A stretch of 64,000 bases of DNA from a bacterium. Lineage in GTDB: Bacteria > UBA8248. The notes beneath the pieces are model-generated. The model ran no database searches. It was given only the letters and a program-made list of their open reading frames with translations, and was not told where the DNA came from. This document shows positions 1 to 10,022 of the stretch, piece by piece. The stretch is from positions 2,048,001 through 2,112,000 of the forward strand of contig CBDCRP010000003.1 in assembly GCA_965221165.1 (NCBI GenBank), read 5' to 3'. The translations under genes and the position numbers were made by a program. Within the stretch, counting starts at the first letter, position 1; every line of letters begins with the position of its first letter.

Positions 1-1449
1 CGTCACGGTCGTGGTCTCGATGTATCCGATGGCCTCCGCCGCGCGTTTCGCCTTCATCTCAAAGGCGCGATAGGTATTTTCATCCAGAGAGCCGACCTTG
101 TGGCCCAACTCCATCAACCGGAAATCGGCATTGTCGTGGCGAAGCAGGAGCCTGTGCTCGGCCCGGCTGGTGAACATCCGGTAGGGCTCGGTCGTTCCCT
201 TGGTGATGAGATCATCGACCAAAACGCCGATATAGGCCTCTTCCCGGCTCAAAACGACGGGTTCCTCACCACGTAAATGCCGTACGGCGTTGATTCCCGC
301 CATGATTCCCTGGGCCGCGGCCTCCTCATAGCCGGTCGTCCCGTTAATCTGGCCGGCATGGAAGAGACCCGGCATCTTTTTCGTCATCAGGCCTGGGTCG
401 AGCTCGGTCGGCTCCACGTAGTCATACTCCACGGCGTAGCCCGGACGCATCATCTCGGCTCTTTCTAAGCCTTTGATTGTTCTTAACATACGGATTTGAA
501 CGTCCACCGGCAGGCTGGTGGAAAGACCGTTCACGTAGATTTCACAAGTCTCGCGTCCTTCGGGCTCCAGGAATATCTGGTGCTCCTGCTTGCCCTCGAA
601 CCGCATGATTTTATCCTCGATGCTCGGGCAATAACGCACGCCGACCGCGTCGATCTGGCCGTTGTACATCGGCGCGCGCTCGATGTTCTCCCGAATGACC
701 GCGTGCGTCTCGGGGTTCGTGTAGGTAATCCAGCAGGGTATCTGCTCCTGTTCGATGGCGGGGGTGCGGTAGGAGAACGGAAGCGGAGGGTCGTCCCCGG
801 GCTGGACGTCAAGTATTTGAAAATCAATGGATTTCGCGTCCAGCCGGGGAGGCGTTCCCGTTTTCATGCGCCCTAAGGCGAAGCCGAACGAAACGAGTTG
901 GTTCGTCAGTTCGTTCGCCGAACCCTCGCCCGCGCGCCCGCCTTCGACTTTTCTGTCGCCATAGTGCAGAAGGCCGCGCGTGAAGGTGCCCGGCGTCAGA
1001 ACGACGGCCCGGGCCTCATAGGTTTCACCGAAATGATCGCAAAGGCCGGCTATCGCGCCGTCGTTCACCAGCAGCCTTTGCACCATTCCCTGCTTGAGGT
1101 CGAGTCTCGCCTGGCTTTCCACCGCGTTTTTCATGTAGGCGCGGTATCGCTGCTTGTCCGCCTGGGCGCGCAAAGCCTGTACGGCCGGGCCTTTTTTCGT
1201 GTTCAGCATGCGAAACTGGATGCCCGTGGCGTCGATGGCGCGCGCCATCTCGCCTCCCAGCGCGTCCACCTCGCGCACCAGAACGCCCTTGGCCAGCCCG
1301 CCGATGGCCGGATTGCACGACATGAGGCCCACGGTGTCGAGGTTCATCGTGAGCATCATGGTTCGGGCACCCATGCGCGCAGCGGCCAGGGCCGCCTCGC
1401 AACCGGCGTGTCCGCCGCCCACGACGATGACGTCATACGAAAAATTCAA
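1..1449 (-). CDS. mnmG: tRNA uridine-5-carboxymethylaminomethyl modification enzyme MnmG (GidA), 3' end runs off the window
   Basis: Not in the ORF track (open at the edge). Minus strand reads [29 protein letters not shown] with a GGAGG RBS upstream, later [17 protein letters not shown]. Adjacent to mnmE. Confidence 0.95.
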   Translation of the reverse strand, partial: MNFSYDVIVVGGGHAGCEAALAAARMGARTMMLTMNLDTVGLMSCNPAIGGLAKGVLVREVDALGGEMARAIDATGIQFRMLNTKKGPAVQALRAQADKQRYRAYMKNAVESQARLDLKQGMVQRLLVNDGAIAGLCDHFGETYEARAVVLTPGTFTRGLLHYGDRKVEGGRAGEGSANELTNQLVSFGFALGRMKTGTPPRLDAKSIDFQILDVQPGDDPPLPFSYRTPAIEQEQIPCWITYTNPETHAVIRENIERAPMYNGQIDAVGVRYCPSIEDKIMRFEGKQEHQIFLEPEGRETCEIYVNGLSTSLPVDVQIRMLRTIKGLERAEMMRPGYAVEYDYVEPTELDPGLMTKKMPGLFHAGQINGTTGYEEAAAQGIMAGINAVRHLRGEEPVVLSREEAYIGVLVDDLITKGTTEPYRMFTSRAEHRLLLRHDNADFRLMELGHKVGSLDENTYRAFEMKAKRAAEAIGYIETTTVT

Positions 1450-1637
1450 GCGAAAACCTCCAAAAATTCACAAATTTATATCAAACAGCGCGTACTTATC
1501 TAAATTTATACAAATTCAACGTCGAAACATCGCTGTTCATTACAGAGAACTCAAGTTTTTGTCGATCACCTGTGTCAACCAACCAATATAGTGCAGCCCC
1601 CGAAGCGATCGGCACACATCGACGATTCGTAGGGTTT

Positions 1638-2300
1638 TCACTGTTTCCAAGCGTTCGTCATTCCTCGGTTAGGAACGTAGCGATAGATATGGTCAAGCCT
1701 ATGCCTGGTCCACCACTTGAACTTTATCTCATTCAAGTGGCCTTTATCATCCAAGCCAACGTGTATGATTTCCAATGAGGTATCTTCGCAATCCCTTCTT
1801 GAGCTAATTTTCCATCCCTTTCCAGCCGGGAATTTGCATCTGCCTGTATAGTAATACCTTGGCCCTCGGCTATCGTAGACCCTCCCGATGCCTTCACTAT
1901 GACATGTGAAATACTGGACTTTATGTCTATTCAACTTTTCCCGGACCCAGACCATTTCATTCTCGCCAGATTCGAGATTTGACCATTTCTTCGGGCCCCG
2001 TATCCTCGTCAGGCTCCTGCGATTGACACTGAAAGTGTTATCGGCCTTATGCATGCATGGCCCGTCCTTGCGGCCATCCCATTTTGCGCCGGTCCAGAGA
2101 TGATACGGCACGAACAACTCGCGAGTCCGGCAATCGTAGAGGTTTTTGACGTGCCATGGGGACGAACTTGGCGGGTAACTCGCGCATGCGAGCTTGTGGA
2201 AACTCTGGGCCGCCGTGTCTTCGGCCCATATTGGCGTAACGAAACAAAAAAACCATCCACCAGCAAGAAGGGCCAGCGCTGCCATGCGTAGGATCTTCAT
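1638..2300 (-). CDS. Hypothetical exported protein
   Basis: 220 aa ORF, signal-peptide-like N-terminus (MKILRMAALALLAGG), GAGGAG RBS, several Cys, lower GC than its neighbours. Confidence 0.7.
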   Translation of the reverse strand: MKILRMAALALLAGGWFFCFVTPIWAEDTAAQSFHKLACASYPPSSSPWHVKNLYDCRTRELFVPYHLWTGAKWDGRKDGPCMHKADNTFSVNRRSLTRIRGPKKWSNLESGENEMVWVREKLNRHKVQYFTCHSEGIGRVYDSRGPRYYYTGRCKFPAGKGWKISSRRDCEDTSLEIIHVGLDDKGHLNEIKFKWWTRHRLDHIYRYVPNRGMTNAWKQ

Positions 2301-2435
2301 TTCTATCTCCTCGTGATAGAGCCCTCATCCATAATAAAACGAGGTGATGGGATGAAATCGCCTTCACGATACCGACTGTGCGTCAAAGTTTTTCTCTTGC
2401 CGAGCTTGCAAAACTCAACTGTTCTTTCATTATTA

Positions 2436-3860
2436 TTATTTTCCGATGCAAAACGTGGAAAAAATCTTGTCCAGCAGCGCCTGCCCGTAATCTCTGCCCA
2501 GGAGTTCAGAGAGCGCGGTTTGCGCCTCGTTCAGGTGGACCGCCACCAGTTCGGGCGAAAGTTCTCCCTGCGCACCCGCCTTTGCGCTTCTCACGGCTTC
2601 CAGGCATTTCGCTATCTGGCCGTGGTGCCGCTCCCTCGTGAGCACCGATTCGCCGCCCGAAAGCCCTTCCTGGCCGATCAAAACACGCGCCACCTCTTCG
2701 CGCAACCGGGGGAGCCCCTCGCCAGTGAGGGCGGAAATAAAGAGCGCCTCCCCGGCCCCCGGCGCCGACTCGCCTAAAAAAGCGCGGGCGCGCGCTCTCT
2801 CCTCAGCAGACGCTTTGTCTATCTTGTTGAAAACAAACAAGTTTTGGAAATCCGCGCCCTGCGCCTCCTGTGCGGCCCACGCCACCTCTTCATCCCCCGC
2901 CGTGACGTCCACGACCATCAGGCTCAAATCAGCTTCTTCCGCTGCCTTGCGGGCGCGCCCGGTCCCTTCCAGTTCCACCGGATCTCCGGTATCGCGCAGC
3001 CCCGCCGTGTCGATGAGCCGCACCGGCGCGCCTCCCAAGTCGCAAACTTCTTCCACCGTATCCCGCGTGGTGCCCGGAATCTCGCTGGTGATGGCGCGAT
3101 CCGCCCCCAAAAGCGCGTTCAGGAGGGTGGATTTCCCCGCATTGGGCCTGCCGAGAATGGCCACCCGCGCGCCTTCTCTCAGGATTCTGCCGGAGCGATA
3201 GCTCTCGATGAGCCGCTCTAGCGCGGTCTCCATCTCCTCAAAAAGGCCCGCGAGTTCCGCGCTTCCCATGGGAGCGCCCGAAACAGAGGGGCCCGCGCCC
3301 GGCTCGAACTCGTCCGGGAAATCTATGACCGCTTCTATGTGCGCGCCCGCTTCCACCACCTTCTCCCATACTTTTTCCAGGGCCCTGGAAAGGCGTCCTT
3401 CCAGATGATGGAGTGCGGCTTTCGCCGCTTTTTCGGTTTGGGCGGTCACGAGGTCCGCCACGGCTTCGGCCTGGAGCAGGTCGATCTTTCCCTCCAAGAA
3501 GGCGCGCCGGGTGAATTCGCCCTCTACGGCCGGTCTGGCCCCCTGCTCCCGGGCGAGGCGCAGGATGCTCCCCACGATGGCCGGGCCGCCGTGGCAGTGC
3601 ATCTCGGCCACGTCCTCGCCGGTGACCGAACCGGGACCGGGATGAAAGAGCGCCACGCCCTCATCGAAGGCCTGGCCCCCGTCCATGAAACGCCCCAGCA
3701 CGGGCCTTCTCTCGGGAAAGGCGCTTCTTTCTTTCCTGGGCGTGAAGATCTCCGTGAGAATGGGGAGTGCTTTCGCTCCGCTCAGGCGGACGACCGCGAT
3801 GGCCCCGCGACCCGGAGCCGTCGACAGCGCGACGATGGTCTCCCTCTCAAAATCGCTCAT
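2436..3860 (-). CDS. mnmE: tRNA modification GTPase MnmE (TrmE)
   Basis: ETIVALSTAPGRGAIAVVRLSG, GRPNAGKS, DTAG, NKID and C-terminal FCIGK. Start trimmed to the ATG of MSDFERE. Confidence 0.97.
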   Translation of the reverse strand: MSDFERETIVALSTAPGRGAIAVVRLSGAKALPILTEIFTPRKERSAFPERRPVLGRFMDGGQAFDEGVALFHPGPGSVTGEDVAEMHCHGGPAIVGSILRLAREQGARPAVEGEFTRRAFLEGKIDLLQAEAVADLVTAQTEKAAKAALHHLEGRLSRALEKVWEKVVEAGAHIEAVIDFPDEFEPGAGPSVSGAPMGSAELAGLFEEMETALERLIESYRSGRILREGARVAILGRPNAGKSTLLNALLGADRAITSEIPGTTRDTVEEVCDLGGAPVRLIDTAGLRDTGDPVELEGTGRARKAAEEADLSLMVVDVTAGDEEVAWAAQEAQGADFQNLFVFNKIDKASAEERARARAFLGESAPGAGEALFISALTGEGLPRLREEVARVLIGQEGLSGGESVLTRERHHGQIAKCLEAVRSAKAGAQGELSPELVAVHLNEAQTALSELLGRDYGQALLDKIFSTFCIGK

Positions 3861-4009
3861 CCGCTTCGCCACTTTCCATCGCTTGAGAATGTGCGCGCGC
3901 ACATCCGAGCCGCGCACAGCGTGTTCGTCCGTAATGAAGCCGATTTACGCTTCGATTGCAAGGGGTTGCTTCTCTTTTGGGGGTCAATTCCGGCAATCAT
4001 GGAGAGGCT

Positions 4010-4344
4010 GTAGGGGCGGACCCGTGTGTCCGCCCGTTCTTATAGTGCTCGCATCCGCACGGGAGAACGCACGGGTGGCAGACATATATGTCTGACCCTA
4101 CGAAACTACCGCGTCTCCCGTAGGGATAACCCTTTTGGGTTGTCCTGCCCCCTGTGGTTGTCCTCTTTCAGGACAGGCGCGGGAGTGCCGGACAGGCGCG
4201 GGGGCCTGTCCCTACGCTCGATTCCTCTCTCGTAGGGGCCGTTCGCGAACGGCCCTTGCCGATGCAAGCGGGCGCTTCACGAAGCGCCCCTACGGAACCG
4301 TCGCCGTTCACGGTTTTGGTGTAGGGGCCGCATACATGCGGCCC
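4010..4344. repeat. Cluster of seven GTAG-type REP palindromes (three inverted REPIN-like pairs plus one single)
   Basis: GTAGGG+palindrome at about 4010, 4120, 4232 and 4321; palindrome+CCCTAC ending at about 4101, 4215 and 4293. Confidence 0.8.
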
Positions 4345-4516
4345 GCGAGGGAAGCCCGATTCTCAAGGGGGGAGTGATTTTGAAAACCACGCCGTCCGCT
4401 TGGTCGACCTATCGATCGCCGCTGTCATACGCAGGAATGACGAGACAAAACCAATCAGGGAAAATGGGTGTCCAATATAGGGATCGTGTATGTGTGGCAA
4501 GCCTGCGACGCCGCTC

Positions 4517-5545
4517 CTACGCTTTCCTGGAATGATCCGCCAGGCCGCGCAGGAGGGTTTCGCGGGAGACGGCGCCGACCACGGAGCCCGCGGCGTCCAC
4601 CACCAGCAGGGGCGCCTCGCTCTCCAGGCACCTGGGCAGCATGTCCTGAAGCACGGTGTCGCGCGAGACGGTCGGCCCGGTCGTCTCCCCGCCGGGCGGC
4701 GTCATGATCGAACCCGCCGTCACCACGCGACCTCGCTTCACGTCGCGCACGAACTCGCGCACGTAGTCGGTGGCCGGGTTCAGCAGAATCTCCTCGGGTT
4801 CGCCTATCTGGTCGACCACGCCGTCTTTCAGGATGGCGACGTGGTCGCCGAGTTTGAGCGCCTCGTCCAGATCGTGGGTGATGAACACGATGGTCTTTTT
4901 GAGGTCGCGCTGGAGCGCGATGAGGTGTTCCTGCATCTGCTTGCGGATCAAGGGGTCCAGGGCGCTGAAGGGCTCGTCCATGAGCAGGATGTCGGGGTCC
5001 GTGCACAGGGCGCGCGCCAGACCCACCCGCTGCTGCATGCCGCCCGAGAGCTGGGCCGGATAGGCGTTCTCATAGCCGATGAGGCCCACGTCCTCTATCC
5101 ACCCCATCGCGCGCCGGCGGCGCGCGCCGAGCGCCATTCCCTGCACCTCGAGGCCGTAGCCCACGTTCTCTATGACCGTCATGTGCGGGAAGAGCGCGAA
5201 TCGCTGGAAGACCATGCTCGCGGCGCCCCGGCGAAACGCGAGCAACTCTTCCTGGGAGAGCTTGAGAACGTCCCTTCCGTCCACAAGCACCTGGCCGGTG
5301 GTCGGGTCGATCAGCCGGTTGATGTGGCGGATGAGGGTCGATTTTCCCGAACCCGAAAGACCCATGACCACGAATGTCTCGCCTCGCTCGACGGAGAGGC
5401 TCACGTCCTTGAGTCCCAGCGTGCAACCGGTCTCGGCCAGTACGTCGTTCTTCTCGACTCCCGCGCGGGCCAGGTCGAGCGCGGTTTCCCCCGCGCGTCC
5501 CGTTCCGAATATCTTGTAGACGTTTCGTATCTCGATCAGCGCCAT
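4517..5545 (-). CDS. Glycine betaine/proline-type ABC transporter ATP-binding protein (ProV/OpuAA-like)
   Basis: GLSGSGKS, LSGGMQQRVGLARAL, DEPFSALDPLIR and a CBS-like C-terminus. Confidence 0.92.
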   Translation of the reverse strand: MALIEIRNVYKIFGTGRAGETALDLARAGVEKNDVLAETGCTLGLKDVSLSVERGETFVVMGLSGSGKSTLIRHINRLIDPTTGQVLVDGRDVLKLSQEELLAFRRGAASMVFQRFALFPHMTVIENVGYGLEVQGMALGARRRRAMGWIEDVGLIGYENAYPAQLSGGMQQRVGLARALCTDPDILLMDEPFSALDPLIRKQMQEHLIALQRDLKKTIVFITHDLDEALKLGDHVAILKDGVVDQIGEPEEILLNPATDYVREFVRDVKRGRVVTAGSIMTPPGGETTGPTVSRDTVLQDMLPRCLESEAPLLVVDAAGSVVGAVSRETLLRGLADHSRKA

Positions 5546-5549
5546 CGGC

Positions 5550-6458
5550 TCACTCCCTCCCGCTCGCGCGTATGAAGCGCCCGCCGTAGGCCTGGGTGAC
5601 GCGGTCCATCACGATGGCGAGCAGCACGATAGCCACGCCGGCCTCGAGGGCGCGGCCGACGTTGAGCTGCTGGAGGCCGATGAGCACCTCGATGCCGAGT
5701 CCGCGGGTTCCGATCATCGAGGCGATCACCACCATCGAGAGCGCCATCATCGTGGTCTGGTTGACTCCCTGCATGATGTTGGGCAGCGCCATCGGCATCT
5801 GCACGCGGAGGAGTTTCTGCCTCCTGCTCGCGCCCATGGCGTCTGAAGCCTCGACGATGTCCTCATCCACAAGGCGGATGCCCAAGTCGGTCAGGCGAAT
5901 CACCGGCGGGATGGCGTAGATCACCGTGGCGAAGACGGCGGGCACCGCGCCCAGGCCGAAGAGCATGATCGCCGGAATCAGATAGACGAAGCTCGGCATG
6001 GTCTGCATGAGGTCGAGTGCGGGCAGCACCATATCGCGCATCCGGTCGTTTCTCGAGATCGCGATCCCGACTGGAACGCCCAGGCCGATGCAGATGATGG
6101 TGGAGACCAGCATCACCGAAAGCGTCATCATCGAATAATCCCAGAGCCTGGGATCGACGAGACCGATCAGGAACATGCAAGCGGCCACAAGGGCGGTCAG
6201 CCCCCGCTTGCGCCCGCTCGAGAAATAGGTGAGCACGATTACGGCCGCGAACACGACGAGCCAGGGAAGATCCCGCAGGAAACGCTCCAGACCCACCAGC
6301 ACCACGAGAATGGCGTCGGAGGCGGTCTCGAAGATGACCCCGTACTCGGTGACCAGCCATTCCACGAAATCGTTGGTCCATTTGTTGAGCGGCAAATTCA
6401 GGCCCTTGGGCCACTCGACCGCCCACTCGGGGAACAGTCCGCGGATAAGCTTCATCAT
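5550..6458 (-). CDS. Glycine betaine/proline-type ABC transporter permease (ProW-like)
   Basis: LDLMQTMPSFVYLIP, GVNQTTMMALSMVVIASMIG; hydrophobic. Confidence 0.92.
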   Translation of the reverse strand: MMKLIRGLFPEWAVEWPKGLNLPLNKWTNDFVEWLVTEYGVIFETASDAILVVLVGLERFLRDLPWLVVFAAVIVLTYFSSGRKRGLTALVAACMFLIGLVDPRLWDYSMMTLSVMLVSTIICIGLGVPVGIAISRNDRMRDMVLPALDLMQTMPSFVYLIPAIMLFGLGAVPAVFATVIYAIPPVIRLTDLGIRLVDEDIVEASDAMGASRRQKLLRVQMPMALPNIMQGVNQTTMMALSMVVIASMIGTRGLGIEVLIGLQQLNVGRALEAGVAIVLLAIVMDRVTQAYGGRFIRASGRE

Positions 6459-6520
6459 GGGCGGGCCTCCCCGGAACTATGGCGCAACTTCACGAGAAAA
6501 AAGCGTCGCGCGTGCGCGGA

Positions 6521-7558
6521 TCAAGCCGATTTGAGCGCCTCCTCGACCTTTTTCGCGACGTCGGCCGGAACCCAACTCTTCCAGACCTTGTTGGTCTTGA
6601 GGAAATGGATTGCGGTGGCTTTAGCGTCGCCGCTGGCTTCTTTCTCGAGATAGGCCAGCATCTTCGAGACGTCTTTGGATGGAAGCGTGTATTTCTCGAT
6701 GAAGGCGACTATCTTCGGATGCTTGGCCGCGAACTTCGTGGTGACCGACTTCGGCAGCTCCGCCGTTCGGTAGGCGGTCGCCTTTTGGGGATTTCCCAAG
6801 GCCTCCATTCCGCCTTTCTTGAGCGCGTCCATGTGCTTCAGCACCTCGTCCCAGTCGGCCTTGTTCCATTTGGGTTCTTCGAGCTGGACGAGGTCGAGTT
6901 GTCCCAGGAGCGGCGTCGGCGCCCAGTAATAGGCGAGCACCGGCTTTTTCTTGAGATACGCGCCCTTGATGGCCGCCGCGAGCGCGCCGCCCGAACCCGG
7001 CCTGAAGTTGGTGAAGTGTTTTTCCAGCCCGTAGGCGCGCAGCTTCACCGTGTTGATGACTTCGCACGACCAGCCGGGAATGCAGTTCACGAACCGGCCC
7101 TTGGAGGGTTCTTCGGGGTCCTTGAAGAGGTGCTTGTACTTCGGCAGGTCGTAGACCGACTTGAGGCCCGGGTTCGCCTTCTGGACGAAACGCGGGATGA
7201 ACCAGCCCTGTATGCTGTCGGGCGTGTTGGCGCCCACCTGCTTGACCTTGCCGCTCTTCATGGCGGGGTCGTACTGCGCCTTCACGTTGTCGTACCAGAC
7301 CTCCATGACAATGTCGTTTTTCCCCTCGTAGTGGGCCGACATGATCGGCAGCGTGCCGCCGTAGATCAAAGTCACCCGGCAGCCGTAGCCGTGCTCCAGG
7401 ATGAAGGCCGTCACCTGATCGTGAAAATTGGCGCTGTCCCAGTTCAAATCGCCGATGCGGACCCTGCAGGCGGCTTCGGCCCTGGTGGGGATGGATACGA
7501 ACGCCGCCGCTCCGATAGCGATGGTCAAAATGAAGATAAGCAAAACTCTGGATTTCAT
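6521..7558 (-). CDS. Glycine betaine-type ABC transporter substrate-binding protein (ProX/OpuAC-like)
   Basis: Signal peptide MKSRVLLIFIL; motifs GDLNWDSA, CIPGWSC and YYWAPT. Start trimmed from 7792. Confidence 0.9.
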   Translation of the reverse strand: MKSRVLLIFILTIAIGAAAFVSIPTRAEAACRVRIGDLNWDSANFHDQVTAFILEHGYGCRVTLIYGGTLPIMSAHYEGKNDIVMEVWYDNVKAQYDPAMKSGKVKQVGANTPDSIQGWFIPRFVQKANPGLKSVYDLPKYKHLFKDPEEPSKGRFVNCIPGWSCEVINTVKLRAYGLEKHFTNFRPGSGGALAAAIKGAYLKKKPVLAYYWAPTPLLGQLDLVQLEEPKWNKADWDEVLKHMDALKKGGMEALGNPQKATAYRTAELPKSVTTKFAAKHPKIVAFIEKYTLPSKDVSKMLAYLEKEASGDAKATAIHFLKTNKVWKSWVPADVAKKVEEALKSA

Positions 7559-7601
7559 GGTTGGCCCCCTGTTCTCGTTGTGTGAGTCGGTCGATTCGAA
7601 G

Positions 7602-7654
7602 AAAAAATTGGAGCCTTCTTGCAAGAGAGAGTCCAACCCCTCTCCCAAGGCCCC
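7602..7654 (-). terminator. Terminator-like hairpin with U-tract in the 5' leader of the ABC operon (possible attenuator)
   Basis: Minus strand GGGGCCTT-GGGAGAGGG...CTCTCTCTT-AAGGCTCC-AA-TTTTTT, about 45 nt upstream of the start codon. Confidence 0.4.
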
Positions 7655-7852
7655 TGCGGATTCGCTTGCGGACTGACTTTGCGGCGCCCCTGAACCGCCT
7701 CTTTGACGAAAACAAGCGGCAAGCGGGATCAAAAACCACACCACACCGAACAAGTTTTCGCCTTTTTTGCGCTGACACTTCTTTTCTTTCAAAAATTACC
7801 AATCATGCTAACATTGTTTGAGTGTTCATATCCACTAAAAAGCGAGGCGCTC

Positions 7853-8929
7853 ATGCCCGAGTTGAGATACGACCCGCATCGCGGCGAATGGACGCTCATC
7901 GCACCCGGCAGGAGCGCGCGTCCGCATCCCGCACACTACGCAAGAGCCACGCCTGCGCAAGATGACCCGGCCTGTCCCTTCTGCCCGGGCAACGAGAGCG
8001 AAACGCCGCCCGAGGTCGCCGCCATCAGGGAAGAGAAAAGCGCGGAGAACGCGCTCGGCTGGCGCGCGCGCTGCGTGACGAACAAATACCCCGCAGTCGG
8101 GAGCGGAGAGCTCACCCGCACGGGAGAGGATGTTTTTTCATCTCTCAAGGGCGGGGGGCGTCACGAGGTGCTCATCGATTCGCCCCATCACACGAAGGGC
8201 CTGGCCGATTTGGGCGACGCGCATGCGGCCAGCGTCCTGCGCTTGCTGCAAGGCAGGGCGCGGGCGCTCATGGAGGACCCTTGCGTCCGCTACGTCTACG
8301 CCTTCAAGAATCATGGCGCGATGGCGGGCGCATCCATCCTCCACTCGCATTTCCAGATACTCGGCCTTCCGGTCCAGGCGGGCGGCGTCGAGAGAAAACG
8401 AGAACGTGAGGCCGCCTTCCACAACGAGCGAAAATCCGCGCTTTTGGATTACATGCTCGAGGCGGAGTTCGAGAACGAAGAAAGGATGGTGGAAACGGGG
8501 GAGGAGGGAGCCGCCGTCTTTTGTCCCTGGGGCTCGCGCTTTCCCTACCTTGCCTGCATCACCCCCTGGCCGACGGAGGCCGCCTTCACCGAGAGCGCGC
8601 CCGGGGCCATCGCCGCAGTGGGAGCCGCGCTGGCGCGGACCTTAAGACGCTATAAGGAGCTTCTACACGATCCCCCCGTCAACCTTTCTTTCCTGCTGGG
8701 GGCGAAAGAGCCGGACGAAAATACACGGGCGCATCGCTGGCACATCGAACTTTTTCCCCGTCTCACGCCCCTGGCGGGCCTCGAGACGGGCCTGGGCGCG
8801 CACATCAACGAGGTGACGCCGGAGCGCGCCGCCGATGAATTAAGAGGCGCCGGTTTCGGGAAGTGCGCCTTATCGTCTTCATCATCTTCTTCCTGTTTTC
8901 ACAGAGGACCCGCAAATGAACAAAAATAA
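7853..8929 (+). CDS. Galactose-1-phosphate uridylyltransferase family (GalT-like HIT nucleotidyltransferase)
   Basis: MPELRYDP..W..IAPGR..RP, CPFCPGNE, NKYP, FKNHG.MAGASILHSHFQ (HxHxQ). Confidence 0.88.
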   Translation: MPELRYDPHRGEWTLIAPGRSARPHPAHYARATPAQDDPACPFCPGNESETPPEVAAIREEKSAENALGWRARCVTNKYPAVGSGELTRTGEDVFSSLKGGGRHEVLIDSPHHTKGLADLGDAHAASVLRLLQGRARALMEDPCVRYVYAFKNHGAMAGASILHSHFQILGLPVQAGGVERKREREAAFHNERKSALLDYMLEAEFENEERMVETGEEGAAVFCPWGSRFPYLACITPWPTEAAFTESAPGAIAAVGAALARTLRRYKELLHDPPVNLSFLLGAKEPDENTRAHRWHIELFPRLTPLAGLETGLGAHINEVTPERAADELRGAGFGKCALSSSSSSSCFHRGPANEQK

Positions 8930-9971
8930 TCCGCAAAAATCCGCTTCTTTTCTGACGGGCGGCGACATCGCGCCCGACAGGGCTTCGGCCAAGGGCATGT
9001 TCGGCCGCCTGGGGAAACTGTTCCGGGACGCTGATTTTTCCTTCGCGAACCTGGAGAATGCGCTCTCCACGCGCGGCGAACTCATGAAGGGAAAGCCGAC
9101 CCGCCACCGGGGACACCCGGCGCTCGTGGCGGGTCTGGTGGATGCCGGTTTCGACGCGGTGGGAATCGCGAACAACCACATGCTCGACTTTGGCGTCCCT
9201 TCTCTCGAGCAGACGATGATGACGCTGCGCCGCGCCGCCATCCCCTTCACGGGCGCGGGCATGACTATCGAGGAGGCGGGAAAGCCTGCTATCCTGGAGC
9301 GCGGGGGACTGCGCGTCGGCCTGCTCGCCTACTCGTCCGTATTGCCGCAGGGCCATTCGGCGGGCCCGGAGGAGGCCGGCGTGAATCCGCTGCGCGTCAA
9401 AACCTCCTACACGCCGCTGAGAAACCTGGATGAATACCCGGCGTCCGAGCCCATCATCCACTCATGGGCGGTGACGGAAGACCTCGAGCGAATGAAGGAG
9501 GACATCGGGCGGCTCAAGAGCCGGGCCGACCTGGTTTTCGTCTACCAGCACTGGGGGGCGAGCATGCGCCACGAGGTGCACGAGCACCAGAGGGAGATCG
9601 GACACGCGGCGATCGACGCGGGCGCCGGCGCCGTTTTCGGCGGTCATCAGCACGTGCTCTCCGGCATCGAGTTCTATCATGGCCGCCCCATCGTCCACTG
9701 CACGGGGAATTTGATTTTCGACGAGATCGAGCCGTTCTTCACGGATGCGGCGAGCCAGACGTTTCTGCTGGGAGGACGGATGGATCAAGGAGGGGTGAGC
9801 GACCTCTACCTCATCCCCTGCCGCTGCGGCGTGGGCGGGGCGTCGCGGTTGCTCTCGCCGATGCGCGGAGAGGGCCGGAAGATCGTGAGCACGATGCAAA
9901 AACTCTCCACCCCCTACGGGACGGACGTCTCGATCAGGGACGGGGAGGTGGCCGTTTCGCCCCTCACCTAA
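8916..9971 (+). CDS. CapA/PGA_cap family metallophosphoesterase
   Basis: GGDI, ANLE, ANNHMLDFG, HWG and GGHQH motifs. Confidence 0.88.
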   Translation: MNKNNPQKSASFLTGGDIAPDRASAKGMFGRLGKLFRDADFSFANLENALSTRGELMKGKPTRHRGHPALVAGLVDAGFDAVGIANNHMLDFGVPSLEQTMMTLRRAAIPFTGAGMTIEEAGKPAILERGGLRVGLLAYSSVLPQGHSAGPEEAGVNPLRVKTSYTPLRNLDEYPASEPIIHSWAVTEDLERMKEDIGRLKSRADLVFVYQHWGASMRHEVHEHQREIGHAAIDAGAGAVFGGHQHVLSGIEFYHGRPIVHCTGNLIFDEIEPFFTDAASQTFLLGGRMDQGGVSDLYLIPCRCGVGGASRLLSPMRGEGRKIVSTMQKLSTPYGTDVSIRDGEVAVSPLT

Positions 9972-9978
9972 AACACGA

Positions 9979-10001
9979 AAGGCCCGCAAATAGCGGGCCT
10001 T
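9979..10001 (-). terminator. Intrinsic terminator between convergent genes
   Basis: AAGGCCCGC-AAATA-GCGGGCCTT perfect stem; T-rich tail on the minus strand. Confidence 0.65.
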
Positions 10002-10022
10002 GGTGCGCTGGATTCGCTCGCT

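Noticed and set aside
4010-4344. CRISPR array
   Set aside because: The units are not identical direct repeats, they alternate in orientation, and no cas genes are present. REP/REPIN fits better.
8870-8895. Poly-Ser/TCx microsatellite at the GalT-like C-terminus
   Set aside because: Short and imperfect, in a non-conserved tail overlapping the next gene's RBS; no sign of phase variation.
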